A stretch of 60,028 nucleotides of DNA, counting the filler, from Dirinaria sp. TL-2023a (Eukaryota): the NCBI GenBank assembly GCA_051941275.1. It is 9 parts of 9 records of this genome, joined end to end, with 100 filler letters (N's around TTAATTAATTAA, not from the genome) between each part and the next. Parts side by side here need not be neighbours in the genome. Positions count along the whole stretch, not along the records: positions 46,801 to 53,364 come from JAVEBF010001460.1; positions 53,465 to 60,028 come from JAVEBF010001461.1; 7 more parts are not named here. One strand, given 5' to 3'. Positions 46,937-59,259 of the stretch are shown in pieces. A model generated the notes under the pieces. That model was given only the letters and a program-made list of their open reading frames with translations. It did no database searches and had not been told where the DNA came from. The position numbers and the translations under genes were made by a program. The first letter of the stretch is position 1, and each line of letters begins with the position of its first letter.

Positions 46937-48157
46937 TCATACATGCGCCCAGCCATTCTCGACCAGGACCTGCATCTCATTGATCAAGCAGTAGCGGCCG
47001 GGCTCGAACCGGCTCTGCTGCGCGGCGCCCCACTGCTTCAGTTTCGCATCCACGGTGTTCCTCCTCCATTTCTCGCTGCTGAAGAAGCGGCCCGCGCGGT
47101 TCCTCCACAGTCCCAGCCACGCACCTCCCACGCCCGGCCAGGGAACACTGCTGTGCACGCTCTCGTACGCCTGGGGGCTGTAGCCGACCCTGACGTTCGG
47201 ATTGATCCACACGCCTTTGCTGGCCGTGAGCGGGTTGTCGGCGTGGACGAGGCAGCATTCGGAGCCCTCGACATGGTAACTGGCGAGGGAATCGTCGATG
47301 CCGCGGAACGACAGGGCGTCGATGCCCGTGAACGGATCGGCGTCGAAGACCGCAATGCCGTTCCAGCAGCTTTGCACGGGGACCGCGTCACCGCGGACCA
47401 GGGCATCTCTGCTCTTCCGACTTCGGAAGAAGGGGAAGGTGTTCGATGCAGCTTCCCAGCCGTCGATGTCCCGCATCGCAAAGGTGTCGTAGTAGGACGG
47501 CGGATGCGCGAAATCGAGACTGCACGCCGCGGCGTAGTCGCCCTCGCGGGTGTTGAGCAGCTCGATGACATCTGCAGGCGTGAAGACGACGTCGTTCAGC
47601 CAGATCACCCGGCTGTATTCCCTTTTACCCTCCTTTTTCGTCCGCTCCTGCTCAAGCGGTTCCATGGCCTTGTTGCGCAGCTTGCTCAGATACGGGATCC
47701 GCCTCAACTCCCGTCGACCTCGCGGCGTCTCGATCCAGCCGGGCCCCATCGGCTGCTCCATCTCGTCCTTGTGCGTGCTTTCGCTCAGTGTGATTGTTTT
47801 CCGCACGCCTAGCTTGTCAAGCTTTGCGTCGAGCTCGCGCAGCACTGCTTTGCTTTCGTCCCACGAGCCGGATTCGAGAATGCTGATGTACACATTTTTG
47901 GGTCCAAGATGCTCGGTCAGGGATAACAGAGAGGTGGTCCAATTCGAAGATAGAATGGCGGCGTTGTTCCAGTGTATAGAGGCGAGGAAGAAGTTTTCTG
48001 AGGCTAGTGACGGGATCACGGATGTAGCGGGCGCTTTCGTAGCAGCGCGGCGGTTGGATGAGAGCGTCAAAAGGTCGATGAGAGCTATGATGGCAAGGAC
48101 GATGTAGAGAGCCCGGACGTAGCGATTTCGAGTGCGCCGCGAGAGGGAGAGATACAT
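46937..48157 (-). CDS. CAP59/Cmt1-like alpha-1,3-mannosyltransferase (GT69), ~406 aa
   Basis: Type II transmembrane anchor, ISILESGSWD, RRIPYLSKLRN, WLNDVVF, AACSLDF, YYDTFAMRD, VQSCWNG and SECCLVHAD. Confidence 0.92.
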   Translation of the reverse strand: MYLSLSRRTRNRYVRALYIVLAIIALIDLLTLSSNRRAATKAPATSVIPSLASENFFLASIHWNNAAILSSNWTTSLLSLTEHLGPKNVYISILESGSWDESKAVLRELDAKLDKLGVRKTITLSESTHKDEMEQPMGPGWIETPRGRRELRRIPYLSKLRNKAMEPLEQERTKKEGKREYSRVIWLNDVVFTPADVIELLNTREGDYAAACSLDFAHPPSYYDTFAMRDIDGWEAASNTFPFFRSRKSRDALVRGDAVPVQSCWNGIAVFDADPFTGIDALSFRGIDDSLASYHVEGSECCLVHADNPLTASKGVWINPNVRVGYSPQAYESVHSSVPWPGVGGAWLGLWRNRAGRFFSSEKWRRNTVDAKLKQWGAAQQSRFEPGRYCLINEMQVLVENGWAHV

Positions 48158-48909
48158 TGCGTCAAACCCCCCAGTAGAGGGTCTCAGGGAGGGAAGGTAG
48201 AAGAGAAAGGCCAAAGCAAGGTATGTCGACGGTTCAGCATCCTTGCTGAGGAGCTTGCAAGGCCTGATCGTCTGACCGAGATTGTAGAGATAACGGTTGG
48301 GTTTCAAAGTCGAACGTCAGCCGCAGCCAGATCGCCTTATATCATTACTAGGGCTCGTCCAGGGCTCTTTATTTTCATACCTAAGGTTGACATGATGGTA
48401 ACGTACTGTACCCTAAATTCCACTACTGTTTGGTGTGAAGTTTGAACTCATGTACAAAAAGCATTATAGGGAACGTCATACATCGACATCAGATACGGAT
48501 CACTTTATGAAAATATAATTCAACGCTTGTTACTGTTACGTCAAGAAAGACCGCTATACTTTTACAATTGCGGGCAGCCCAGTACTACTACTGTCCGCTA
48601 AATTCTACAGATCAACCGGTAAAGTGATGGCCTCCTAGAGCCTTCCACATAGGGACTTCGACGTCCATAATTCCATCCTGCATCTCCTTGGATAGTCCAG
48701 TCTCTGCCTCCCATATGAACTAAATCATATATTGTTACACCCATTATTCCGTCTCCAGACTCCGATGGCACGACAAGAGGACCTGCTCCCAACGCTGATG
48801 TTTCGGTCTAAACCAAGTTATGTAGAAAGTTAACATGACCAGTGATTTTTAAGATTTCGCGTCAGCAGAACGAAAGATATCACGTTTCATTGGACTTCTT
48901 CGAGCCTTC

Positions 48910-51494
48910 CTAGGGAAGAGGATTGCTCTTGGTCCAAGCCTCGTGGAGCTTTTTCTGAGCAGCCCATTCCTTTCTGAGCTTCTTCTCCCTACTTTTCGTG
49001 ATCTCTGCTCCGGCGCGATCTCGTGTCGGCAGCCCCTCTTCGTTCCAGGCACTGTATTCATGAGTCCTGAACATATCCAGATGACTCAAGCGACCTTTAT
49101 CCGCTTTCGCTGCCGCTTGCTTCTCCCGTTCCTCCTTAGCTGCTTGTTTCTGACGCTCGCGCTCCTCCTTTTCTGCTCTTGCAGCGCGAAGCTCTCGAGT
49201 CACCGGTCGTATCAATGCAGGCTGGCCGTCTCGGTCTTCGAGGTAAATGCCTGTACTCCACAGGTCTACATCTCGGACGCGGTCGCAAAGTGCGAGGACC
49301 TGTTTTGAAAGATCTCGAGACTCTGTAAGTGCAGCCATGTCAGACTTGAACTTGCGGAGCGTCTGTTGGTAAAGCGCGGTAGCAGCAGGCTCGTCCGCTT
49401 TTACGTCTGGAAGTTTTGACTCTAGCTCCTTGACTTCTTGAGTTGATAAACCACTGGAAGATCGGGCCTTCAAACGCAGCTCGTCTCTGATCTTCGAGAT
49501 TGCGGTGACGAACGGCTTGGAAATTTCAGGGACATCAACCCCTGACCAGCCGATCAAGGCGCTGTCGGGCGTCGAGTTTTCATTGAGTCCGAAGGTATTG
49601 ACCATTGAAGTGATCCATTTTGCTATCTTAGAAGTTGTGGTGGTGCCAATGGCCGCTTTCTCTGTCGAATTATATTCGGTTACCAGAGTCGAGATTCTCA
49701 CCATCGCCGTTCGGGTATCGAATGAGTCGCACAAGGCATCATAAACAGCAGTTTGTGCAGTCTCTAATGCCTCCTGTAGCTTATGGTTTGCTTGGTCTGA
49801 GCCTGGAACGCTTTTTTCTAACGCGTCTCTGGCGTTGATAAAAAAGTTCTGAAAATAAATTAGCCTCAGATGAATCTCAACATCATTTTCCCAGTGGACA
49901 TTATGTTGGAGCTTACATTAAGTTTGTCTTCCCATGCGGACATTGACTTGACCAAGTCCTCTGTGATCTCAATCGGATCTGCCCAATTGCCAAGTAAAAA
50001 GACTATCCTCAACCCTCTTGGGGTCCAAGTTCCCTTGGCCAAAGCTTCTCGTATCGTGATGAAATTCTTCAAGGATTTCGACATCTTTGACCCCTGTATT
50101 GACAGATGGCCCATATGCATGAAATAATTTACCCATTGATGTGGGTGCTGATGATCATCTTCCAACCAGTATGCTTCGCTTTGTGCTAGCTCATTGTCAT
50201 GATGAGGAAAAGCCAAATCGATGCCGCCGGAATGGATATCGATGTGACTCCCTAGCTTGTCCGAAGCCATTGCTGAGCATTCAATATGCCAGCCTGGCCT
50301 CCCTCCGCCCCAGGGACTCGGCCAGCTAGGTTCACCAGGTTTTGATGATTTCCAAAGTGCGAAGTCTGCTTTCGACCGCTTTTCAGATTTCGACGCTTTG
50401 CCAGACAATGCGCCTTCACCATCGGCTTGCAACTCCTCGTCGTTCCTGTTCCAAGGTTCAAGCCGTGCATAGTTGTTATCAGCACGCTCGAAAGCTTCTA
50501 TGTCAAAATAAACTGATCCGTCTGAGGTAGCATACGCAAAATGATTATCTTGAATTTTTTGGACAAAGTCGACAATTTGTGGGCCATATTCGGTGACACG
50601 CGTGACCTCGTCTGGATCCAAGCAATTGAGTGCGTGCAAGTCCTCCATGAATCGGGTTTCAAACTTTTTGGTGAGCTTCGTAAAGATACTGTGGTCGTTG
50701 GCATCAATCGAGGAGCCAAACAACGAATCCAAGTAGGGTAGCAGAACGTCCTGCACCTGATTTTGGGACACTTCTGACGTCTCTGAAAGTTCTCCTGATT
50801 CTGCTTTTATTATTGCTTCTGAAGCGGCAAGGAGTGTCTTTATATGCATCTTAAGCTTTGCTTCTCGATCGCTGGGATTGGTTTGGCCGTCGAGGCTTTT
50901 CCCTTGCAAAACTCGACCATAGTGATGCTCGACTTCTCGATGTAGATGCTGTATCGGAGTCTTCGAATCTACTAGAGGGAGATTCTTTGTTGTGTAGGCT
51001 TCTAGAGCCGCCTTTTGGAACGACTTCTCTGGAGCCCCTGTTTTTAGTCGTCCAGCAAGGAATTCTCCGAGTAGATATTGTTGGCGGCCCCGAACAATAA
51101 TCTTATCATCCACGTCGGTGATATTCATGACAAATTTCACATCATACTTGAAATAGTCCCGCGCTATGCGTCTAATAATATCCGTACTAACATAATTCCT
51201 GGCGTGGCCCAGATGCGCATCGTCATATACAGTAGGACCGCAGGCGTACCACGTGACTTTTCTATTCTTTGAGTCGATGGGTACAAAAGGCTCAGGCTTC
51301 CTGGTCAGCGAATTATAGATTCTCAAAGGTGGTAACTTGGTGTCTAAAGATGGTTCCGGTGGTGGTAGCCACGGTGGCTGCTGGCGCGCTGTAGCCATCG
51401 CTTTCGAAAAGAGAAACTGATGCGTTGGTGAAGGGAGTTTGAGGAGACGACTGGAGGTCAAATCCGGCAAAGAACGTCGGACGACAAAAAACAT
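48910..51494 (-). CDS. CRS1: Cysteinyl-tRNA synthetase; exons 51494-49917, 49848-48910; second in-frame ATG at 51398
   Basis: [18 protein letters not shown] (HIGH), [39 protein letters not shown] and KMSKSLKN. Intron 49849-49916. Confidence 0.97.
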
Positions 51495-51726
51495 ATGAGA
51501 AACGAAGTAGGTCTATGGAATTATTTGCAGCGTTGACTCACACGGCTTTCCTCCACTCATACTCTCCCTTGAATAGAAACCAAGCTCTGCCCAGAGTATC
51601 AGCACGGAGGCTTGGCACATAATCATCTACCCGAAGTTTCTCCGGCCGAATATCAATTGAGTTTCACTTGTAGGTCCGAGGGGTCTATTTCTATCTCAGC
51701 TACAACCTCTCACCTCTCAAGAAATA

Positions 51727-53364
51727 ATGCCCTCCTCCCCCTCTCCATTTCTTACCCCTAATGCCTCTTCGAACCCCGACTCCCTCGCCATCTTATACCT
51801 CAGACGCGACCACCACCTCCCCATTATCCTGCAAACCCATGACTCCGCTCATGAAGGCTACGCCGAGGGAAAAGTGACCAACACGCGTTTCGGCTCTTTC
51901 CCGCATTCCACGCTCATCGGTGTGCCATGGGGAACTCAGGTCCGTGCAAGTGAGGTGGACACAGGTAGCCGGGGACGCAAAGGGCATGTAGGGGCGGGGA
52001 AGAAGAGGAAGAGGGAAGAGGGGGGAGAATGGGATGGCGGACAGGAGAAGAAGCCGAAGGTGATAGACACAGAAGAGGATCAGGTCCCACATGAGGTCGA
52101 GAGGGAGGAGAAAGAAGGAATCAAGGCTGCGGTGGCGGCGAGGACCGGGTTCGTGCATTTACTGCCACCTACCCCGGAGCTCTGGACGGCCAGCTTGCCG
52201 CATAGGACGCAGGTGGTGTATACACCCGACTATAGCTATATCCTGCAGCAACTAAGAGTGCGGCCGGGAAGCGTGATCATTGAAGCAGGGGCTGGTAGCG
52301 GCAGCTTTACCCACGCAGCTGCGAGGGCAGTGTTTAACGGCTATCCAGCTACCTCGGCGTCCGACGCTGGGACTCAAACGTTGGATTCTGACGGAGGACC
52401 GCAACAACAACAGCAGCAGCAGCAGAAGAGGAATTTTGGCAAGGTTTACAGCTACGAATTCCACCAGTCACGATGGGAGAAGCTCAAAGCCGAGATCTCG
52501 GAGCACGGGCTAGATGGGATAGTAGAGATCAATCAACGCGATGTATGTCAAGACGGATTCATGCTAGGCGACAACAACAACGGTGACGTATCGCCCACTG
52601 CCAACGCCATCTTCTTAGACCTTCCAGCACCATGGCTGGCACTAAAGCATCTCACACGTAGAGTACGAAGGAAACCTCCTGAAGGCGCATCACAAGCCCC
52701 AACGACCGATCCACTCAATGCCCAAACCTCCACGACCACGACCGAGCCAATCTCCCCCAGCGCTCACCTTTCCAACGAAGCTTTGCCCCCCACTACCTCG
52801 CCACTCAACCCTCGCACCGCAATCCACATCTGCACCTTCTCGCCCTGCATCGAGCAAGTGCAGCGCACGGTCTCCGTCCTCCGACAGCACGGCTGGGTAT
52901 CAATCTCGATGGTGGAGCTATCGCACCGACGGATCGAAATCCAGCGGCAGCGCGTCGGTCTGCACGAAGAAGGCCTGCGAGGGGTGAACCCGTCTCCCGC
53001 AGACGTAGACGAGGCGGTGGCCCGGCTGCGCGAAGTCGAAGGCCGCAGCAGACATTTCCACGAGCTGGAAAGGAGGCGCAAGGAACAAGACGCTGCTGCC
53101 GAAGGCTTCAAAGCAGAAAAAGAAGAAACCGCCCCACCACCAACGAAACAACAACGCCTCACCGCCATCAGAACCCAGGAAAAGCAGCGCAAAACATGGC
53201 AGGAAGGGCGCCTCGTGCACCGCGCCGAACCGGACCTGAAGACGCACACGAGCTACCTCGTCTTCGCGGTGCTGCCGAGGGAGTGGTGTGCGGAGGACGA
53301 GCGGGCGGCGCAGGAGCGCTGGGGAGGTAGTAGCAGCAACGGTGGTGGTGGTGGTGGTGGAGGA
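51727..53364 (+). CDS. TRM61: tRNA (adenine58-N1)-methyltransferase catalytic subunit, 3'-truncated
   Basis: PTPELWTASLPHRTQVVY, IEAGAGSGSF, YEFH, IFLDLPAPW, CTFSPCIEQV and THTSYLVFA. Confidence 0.95.
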
Positions 53365-53464
53365 NNNNNNNNNNNNNNNNNNNNNNNNNNNNNNNNNNNN
53401 NNNNNNNNTTAATTAATTAANNNNNNNNNNNNNNNNNNNNNNNNNNNNNNNNNNNNNNNNNNNN
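53365..53464. other. Artificial contig spacer
   Basis: N44-TTAATTAATTAA-N44. Confidence 0.99.
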
Positions 53465-55038
53465 CTCCCAGCCCCATCCGTCGTCGACCTCGCCGTCGTA
53501 AATCGCGTTGATGAGCGGAGGCGGCGGCGCGGGGTGAGTGGGTTTTTTCGGTGGTGCTGGCGGCTGATCAGCACCATCAGCAGTAGCAGCAGCAACGACT
53601 TCGGCGGTGGCAGGAGCAACATCGAAAGATTCCAGCGGCGAGGGAGGTGGCGGGGGTTTGCTCCACCCTTCCAAAACGCCTTCTTCCCACCCGCTGCTCA
53701 TGACGCGCTTGACGATCGCCTTCGACTGCCCGAACCCGAGATCCCCCCTCCCGAGCGCGAAGCGCAGGTCCCCCGCGTTCATCGGCCGGCGCATCCACCT
53801 CTCTCTTTCTTTTCTTTCTTTTTCGCGCTCCGCTTGCGCTTGCGCGTCAATATTGCTGTTGCTGCGGCGGCGCTTCTTGGGCCTGCGTAGGCCCATTCCC
53901 AACGAGTGCGTTTTCACTTCGTTGCCCCCGTTCAACCCGAGGTCGCTTCTGGTTCTGAAGAAGACGGCGCTCATCACGTCTTTGAGGTATTGTTCTGTGG
54001 CGATGGAGAGGTATTCTGGACATGGGGCGGAGAATGCTTGGGGGAGCGATTCTTCGAAGCAGATTGGTTGCATGCGTAAGGAGATTGAGTCTAGGTCTGG
54101 GAACTCGAGGGTTTCGCTGAAGAGGGCTTGCGTGTAGTGTTTCCGGATTTCAGGGTCCCAGTCTAAATAAACGAAAAGGTTTAGGGGGGTTTTGATTAAA
54201 AGGGGAACGGATGGGGGAGTACGTACTGGTTTTGTTTAACCCGCCAGCGCTGGCGGGGACGGTATCCGGGAGTTTGATGGTCTTTGAGGAGAGGTAGTCA
54301 TTGATTGACACGGCGACGGAGTAAGCCAAGGGGTCCATATTCTCCCCCTGCTTCTGATTTGTCTTATTGTTAGCTAGCCCAGCCTTCGTAAATTGAACAC
54401 TGTTCTTATTCGCATATTGGACTGCAAGCTTTGCATAGAGCATCGGACTCACATCATGTACTTCTTTAAGCCGCCGTCGATCCCTTGCCGGCATCTGCAT
54501 GACCTCGGTCTTAAGCCTCTGCTCGGCTGCATCTCCAACGACCGGCTTGGAAAGCACGGTGGGCTTGTCATTCGCAGAAACCCACGGCGCAACACCTTGA
54601 TCTGGGACGTCGCGCGAAACATTGCCGTGAATAGCTGATATCAGCTGATTGTGGACATGCTCTATGGAAGGGTCTGCGTTGAAGAAATGGCCGATTTGTA
54701 CGGAGAGCTCGTTTTGGTTGAGTCGACCTAGACACAGGAGGAGGTCAGGTCAGCTGGGCGACTCTATGATTTTTTGAAAATATGCAATGGCACACAGTGA
54801 ACCTACCAAGAATGAACAAGCTGGTAGCCTCCTTGTACTTTGCCCATTGGTCCCCAATGGCGGCCTTGAGACTCGTGTACAGAGGCTCGAGGTCAATGCG
54901 CTGAACCGCATTTGACGCTTTCTGCGCCTTTGGAGCAGAAGACGTCGGGGCTGTACTTGGCTTGCTGATGGTTAGAGAGGTCGATGGTTGGGATATGGAA
55001 TCCGTGCGGCTCAGAGCCGCAGGATCGATGTCCGGCAT
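53465..55038 (-). CDS. HFI1: SAGA complex subunit Hfi1/Ada1, multi-exon, 3'-truncated
   Basis: [71 protein letters not shown] and ATEQYLKDV. Confidence 0.9.
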
Positions 55039-55941
55039 TGTGGAGGCCAAACTGATCAAATATGTGTGCAGGCAACATGGATGGAATTACCTTAGGGAAA
55101 GAAATCCAGGCTAAGGTCGACTGGATTTAAATACATGCATCTGGGAGCAACACATGTGGCGCCTAACCCGCGTATCGGGATATCGTCGGCCCATGGCTTG
55201 GCTGATCTCGACACAAAGATGTCTCAATAGGATCTGTCTGGGACTTGCTATGCACGCAAAGGTCTTATTTGTGTCTTCATATACAGCCATAGAGGATAGA
55301 AGGCCGCATGATGGAGCAGCTGAACTCAGGATGTCATGGGCCTGGTCATCAATCGATGGGATTTTTTGCAGCTACTCAGAGGTTGGTAGGGCTGCTTTTG
55401 GCTGATGCAGGGGTTTCGCGGAGTTAAGACGCCTTATATATCGGATATAATATGGGGGGCCATGTTGTGCAGGTATGAACATCCAGCATCATTGGAGATG
55501 CCTGGATTTTATAGCCTCTAAGGAATGAAAAATCTATCTACGGGCATGATCCAGATAGAAACCACTTTCTGCTCACATAATTGCCATACTGGCAAGCGTG
55601 ATGAAAGAAATCAATGAAATCTTTGAAAGGAAAACATACTAGGAATGTGACTAGATAAAAGCGCAAACACAACAGGCAACACTGCAAGTCCCATGCCTGG
55701 AATCTATTCTCAGACGAATGGGAGGGGTATCCTTCATCATCCAAGTCATGTTCTATAAATACACCTGTGACCACTACTCCACCGCTCTCTAGCTCGTTTG
55801 CAAAGGCTCCCATGAAACCCACAAAAAGTCAGGCAGGCTGAGCCGGTTCGATTCTCATGACGTAAACAGCATTCCATGACCGAAAGATTGATCATAGAAG
55901 ATGTCGTGATTCAAACCATCGTTCATTCGTCAGGCGTGCAA

Positions 55942-58900
55942 TCATTGCAGCTTCAGCGCGTCCTCGTTGAGAGTGCCGAAGAGCTTCTCTAGTTCGCTGC
56001 CCACTTTCTCGATCTCGTTCGAGAGCTGTCCCGTAACAAGAACATAGGCATACAATAGCGCAAAATCCTTATCCGTGGCCCCTGAGTTTTCCAGCTCTTT
56101 GCGGAAGCGGAAGAGCTTGGCGAGTAATCGGTCCCGCGCGTGTTCCGTGCTTGGAAGGGCCTCATTCAGAGGATACTCAAGTTTCAACGAAGACGCGAGG
56201 ACCGAGAAAAGATGGCTTATCCGCGTACACAGTTGCGCTCGTTCCGCACTTGTGTATCGCAGTATTTCAGCTTCCCCTTTCGACGCTCTCGGGTCCTTCA
56301 TTATGACTACGTTCATCGCATGAAAAGCGTCTAGCATATTATTTGTGCTTGTTAGAATTCTTCCATAGGAAGGATCCGGAAATGGTCCCTGGAGATCCAT
56401 TTCGGAAGTTGCTGCGCTGCGCAGACTTTCCAATCGTGTGAGGAAGCCGCTGAGTTCGAATTCTTCGCCGAGGTCCATGTAAGCGTTGGGCGATTGCCCA
56501 TCGAGCAATACAGCGAGTGGGTCCCGTTTCCAAATGAGCCCCATCCTCAGCCAAAGAAGGCTCAAGCCATCGACGAATTTCCGTCTTGCACTGATCGGCC
56601 ACACCAGTCTTGTCACGATAAGGCCCCAAAGACACCCGACTAGTACTGCAACGACACGGTGAGCGGCTATCTCCGTAATTAGCGGATTTATGCCACCTTC
56701 ATCGTCGTCATCATCCAGGTCCTTGACGGATAGTGAGTATGCGTAAAGTGCTGAAAGGTTGTACGTGAGCATAATGAAGCGACCCATTGGGCCTTTGCCT
56801 TGGACCACGATGATGTATGCTGTCCAGTAAGACATTAACCAGCCAAAGCACGCTAGCGCAATGGCGTTTCCCCGCGATATGATCCACGCGGTGATGGCAC
56901 AGACAGCGCCAATGCAGGTCCCTGCAAATCGAGCGAAACCTGTCGTATTCGATGCGCCAATGGTCATCGAACAAACAAGCATATAGGATAAAAGACCCCA
57001 TTCGCCACGCCAATGCTGGTATATAGGGCGCGTTGAGACGAGGAACGAAGGGAGAGCATACAATGCAGCGCCAGCACCAACTTTGATGGCAAATTTTGTG
57101 TCATCACGGCGGAACACGCTGACAAACTTCCACAGACGATATCTGTATGATCGTTGCTGCCCTACTGGATTGAGGTCGCCGGTAAGAACGGCTTTTCTTT
57201 CCATAGATTTGGAAACATTTGGGAGAGAGCCAGGCCTTCCGTTCTGTTCTACTGGAACTTCAACTTCTATCACCGGGTCAGAATGTTTGAAGAAAAGAGA
57301 GGGCGAAAGGGACCGTACCCAAATCATTGGGGTGGTGGGCTGCCGAGGCACCCCAGGATTGCCAGAACTTTAACCAGGACCAAGTCCTTCCAGCAGGCCG
57401 GTGTTCAGTTTCACTCTTGAGATCTTCCAGAATACGAAGATACGCCTCTGTTTCATGCGCAAAGTCTTGCAATGAAAAGCTGAAGTAGCCGCAGCTCGCT
57501 GCAACTTCTTCGAAGTCGGCTTGAACTTCCACAGGTCGCTTGATACTCAGCTCCTTATCTTTATAAAGCAGTGAGAGTGCCTCGTCTCGCGCTTCAGAGT
57601 ATAATTTTATAGCGTCTGACAAGCTAGAGCTGAATTGAGGGTTATAAGCAACCTCATAGTTAGATTCTGAAGAATACGGAAGCTCGTCAAGGAGTTGTTT
57701 CAAGGTTACGGCCAGGGATTTCTACCATCTGCGTCAACCCCAGAGTGTAAATAAAGATAATATATTCTTTGCTCACCATTGACGGCCCCAGCTGCAAAAT
57801 GAACCTTGTAAAGATCTCGCCAGGAGAATTTGCTGTGGGAAGGTAGTCGTCCTCAACCATTGATTCTCGAAGTATACTCTCTGGCGTTGTGGCTGCCTCA
57901 CCTTCAGTTCCATCCTCCGATATTTCATCAATCGCGGTGAGCACACCATGGCTGCCTGACAGCGACGTCCGGGAGTCGGTGAGGACGGAAAATGACGGGG
58001 CGCGTGAAAGGAAAGTCGAGTTCCCACTCACAGGAGTGTTATTGCCAGCAGCCGTACCTTGAGATAGTAGTAGAAGTTGGGTAGAAGCAGCGCTACGTAA
58101 TCCTCCGATGTCTTGTCCAAGCCTCCGCATGCAATCAACTAACCTACACTCGATACGATACTCCCTTTCCCTTCCCGTGACGTAGTATTCGTATTTAGCC
58201 TCTTTGAGATTTTTAGTCAACGCCTTGAACTGGGCTTTGTACTTGTCTGAAGCCAGTCGGAACTGATCGCTTTCGGCTTCACTGGCGAAACCATTAAGAA
58301 AAGTGGTAGTAATCAGAGACAGAAGCTCGCCAAACGAGTCGGTAGCTTTTATCATACTTTGCCGGAGTTCAGTGCGAGCTGATGTGGGACTTAGTAGAAA
58401 ACAGACAGCAGTTGTAGCCAGGACACCCATTATGATCATCTTCAAGACCATTGTGACTTTGTCGTCTGAGAATTGGGCCGCTTGCACGGCTCCTTCTTTT
58501 GTTAGGACCGTGATGATGGCTAGACTTGTCAAGGAACAAGCAATGTTGACTAATGGATGCGCCAGACGTTGCTTCACCCAGCCTACAAACCCAAGCCCCC
58601 CACCGCAGAACACAATCAACACAATCAAGTGGCCAACGACTAGGAGGTCGAGAGTCTGCCCGAAGAGTATAGACACTCCCATACTGGTGAAACATATGAA
58701 GACGGCATAGAGGAAAGCGGCCGCAGCGAGAATGATGGCCTCAAACATACTTCCTTGTGATCTGGCCGGGTGGAAGTATACCGTAATGGTGGCTACCATA
58801 TGTTTGCCATCTTGCGGACCAAGCAGCGCGGCTATAGCTGGGACAAAGGTCGCTAGGCTGCCCAGGAAATAGGCAATGCTGCATTTCAGCACACCTCGTC

Positions 58901-59259
58901 CCGTGTTGGACTTTGCGAACGTCCACGCCCGGAGTATAAGGGCTTGCCATCTTGCTATGATGCTGCGCAACGTGCTCCGGCCGTTCGACGGCCTGACAAT
59001 TTGTCGGATCGATGATCTGCGGCCGAGCAAGGGCGAATGCTCATCTGGACCATCGTCGCTGCTGCCACCGTCGTGGTTCGAGATGCCTCTGAAGGTTACA
59101 GCTCTCTTGACACGCTCCCCGGTTTTGGGCAGAACAAGAGTCGCTTGGCGAAGCTGTACTCGTCATCGAGATTAGCTGATATCATATGCAGACTAAGGTT
59201 GCCAAGCTCACGATGCGCCTAGGAGGACGAGACTCGGCCCCTTTCGCCGGCGAGTTCAT
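55942..59259 (-). CDS. FUSC/aromatic-acid-exporter (ArAE_2)-like multi-pass membrane protein; exons 59259-59212, 59153-57777, 57721-57319, 57266-55942
   Basis: LKCSIAYFLGSLATFV, HMVATITVYFHPARS, FAIKVGAGA, WRGEWGLLSYMLV and RFAGTCIGA. Three introns restore one frame. Confidence 0.85.

Noticed and set aside
46943..48107. Long antisense and overlapping ORFs (289, 185 and 177 aa) over the GT69 gene
   Set aside because: These are shadow ORFs from GC-rich codon usage and have no recognisable motifs.
6611..53464. Regularly spaced TTAATTAATTAA palindromes as a biological repeat or CRISPR-like array
   Set aside because: They are always embedded in N runs of fixed length, so they are six-frame-stop assembly linkers.
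53413..53622. ORFs running into X residues (also at 13356, 26538, 33400, 46440 and 46749)
   Set aside because: They are artefacts of translating through the N spacers.
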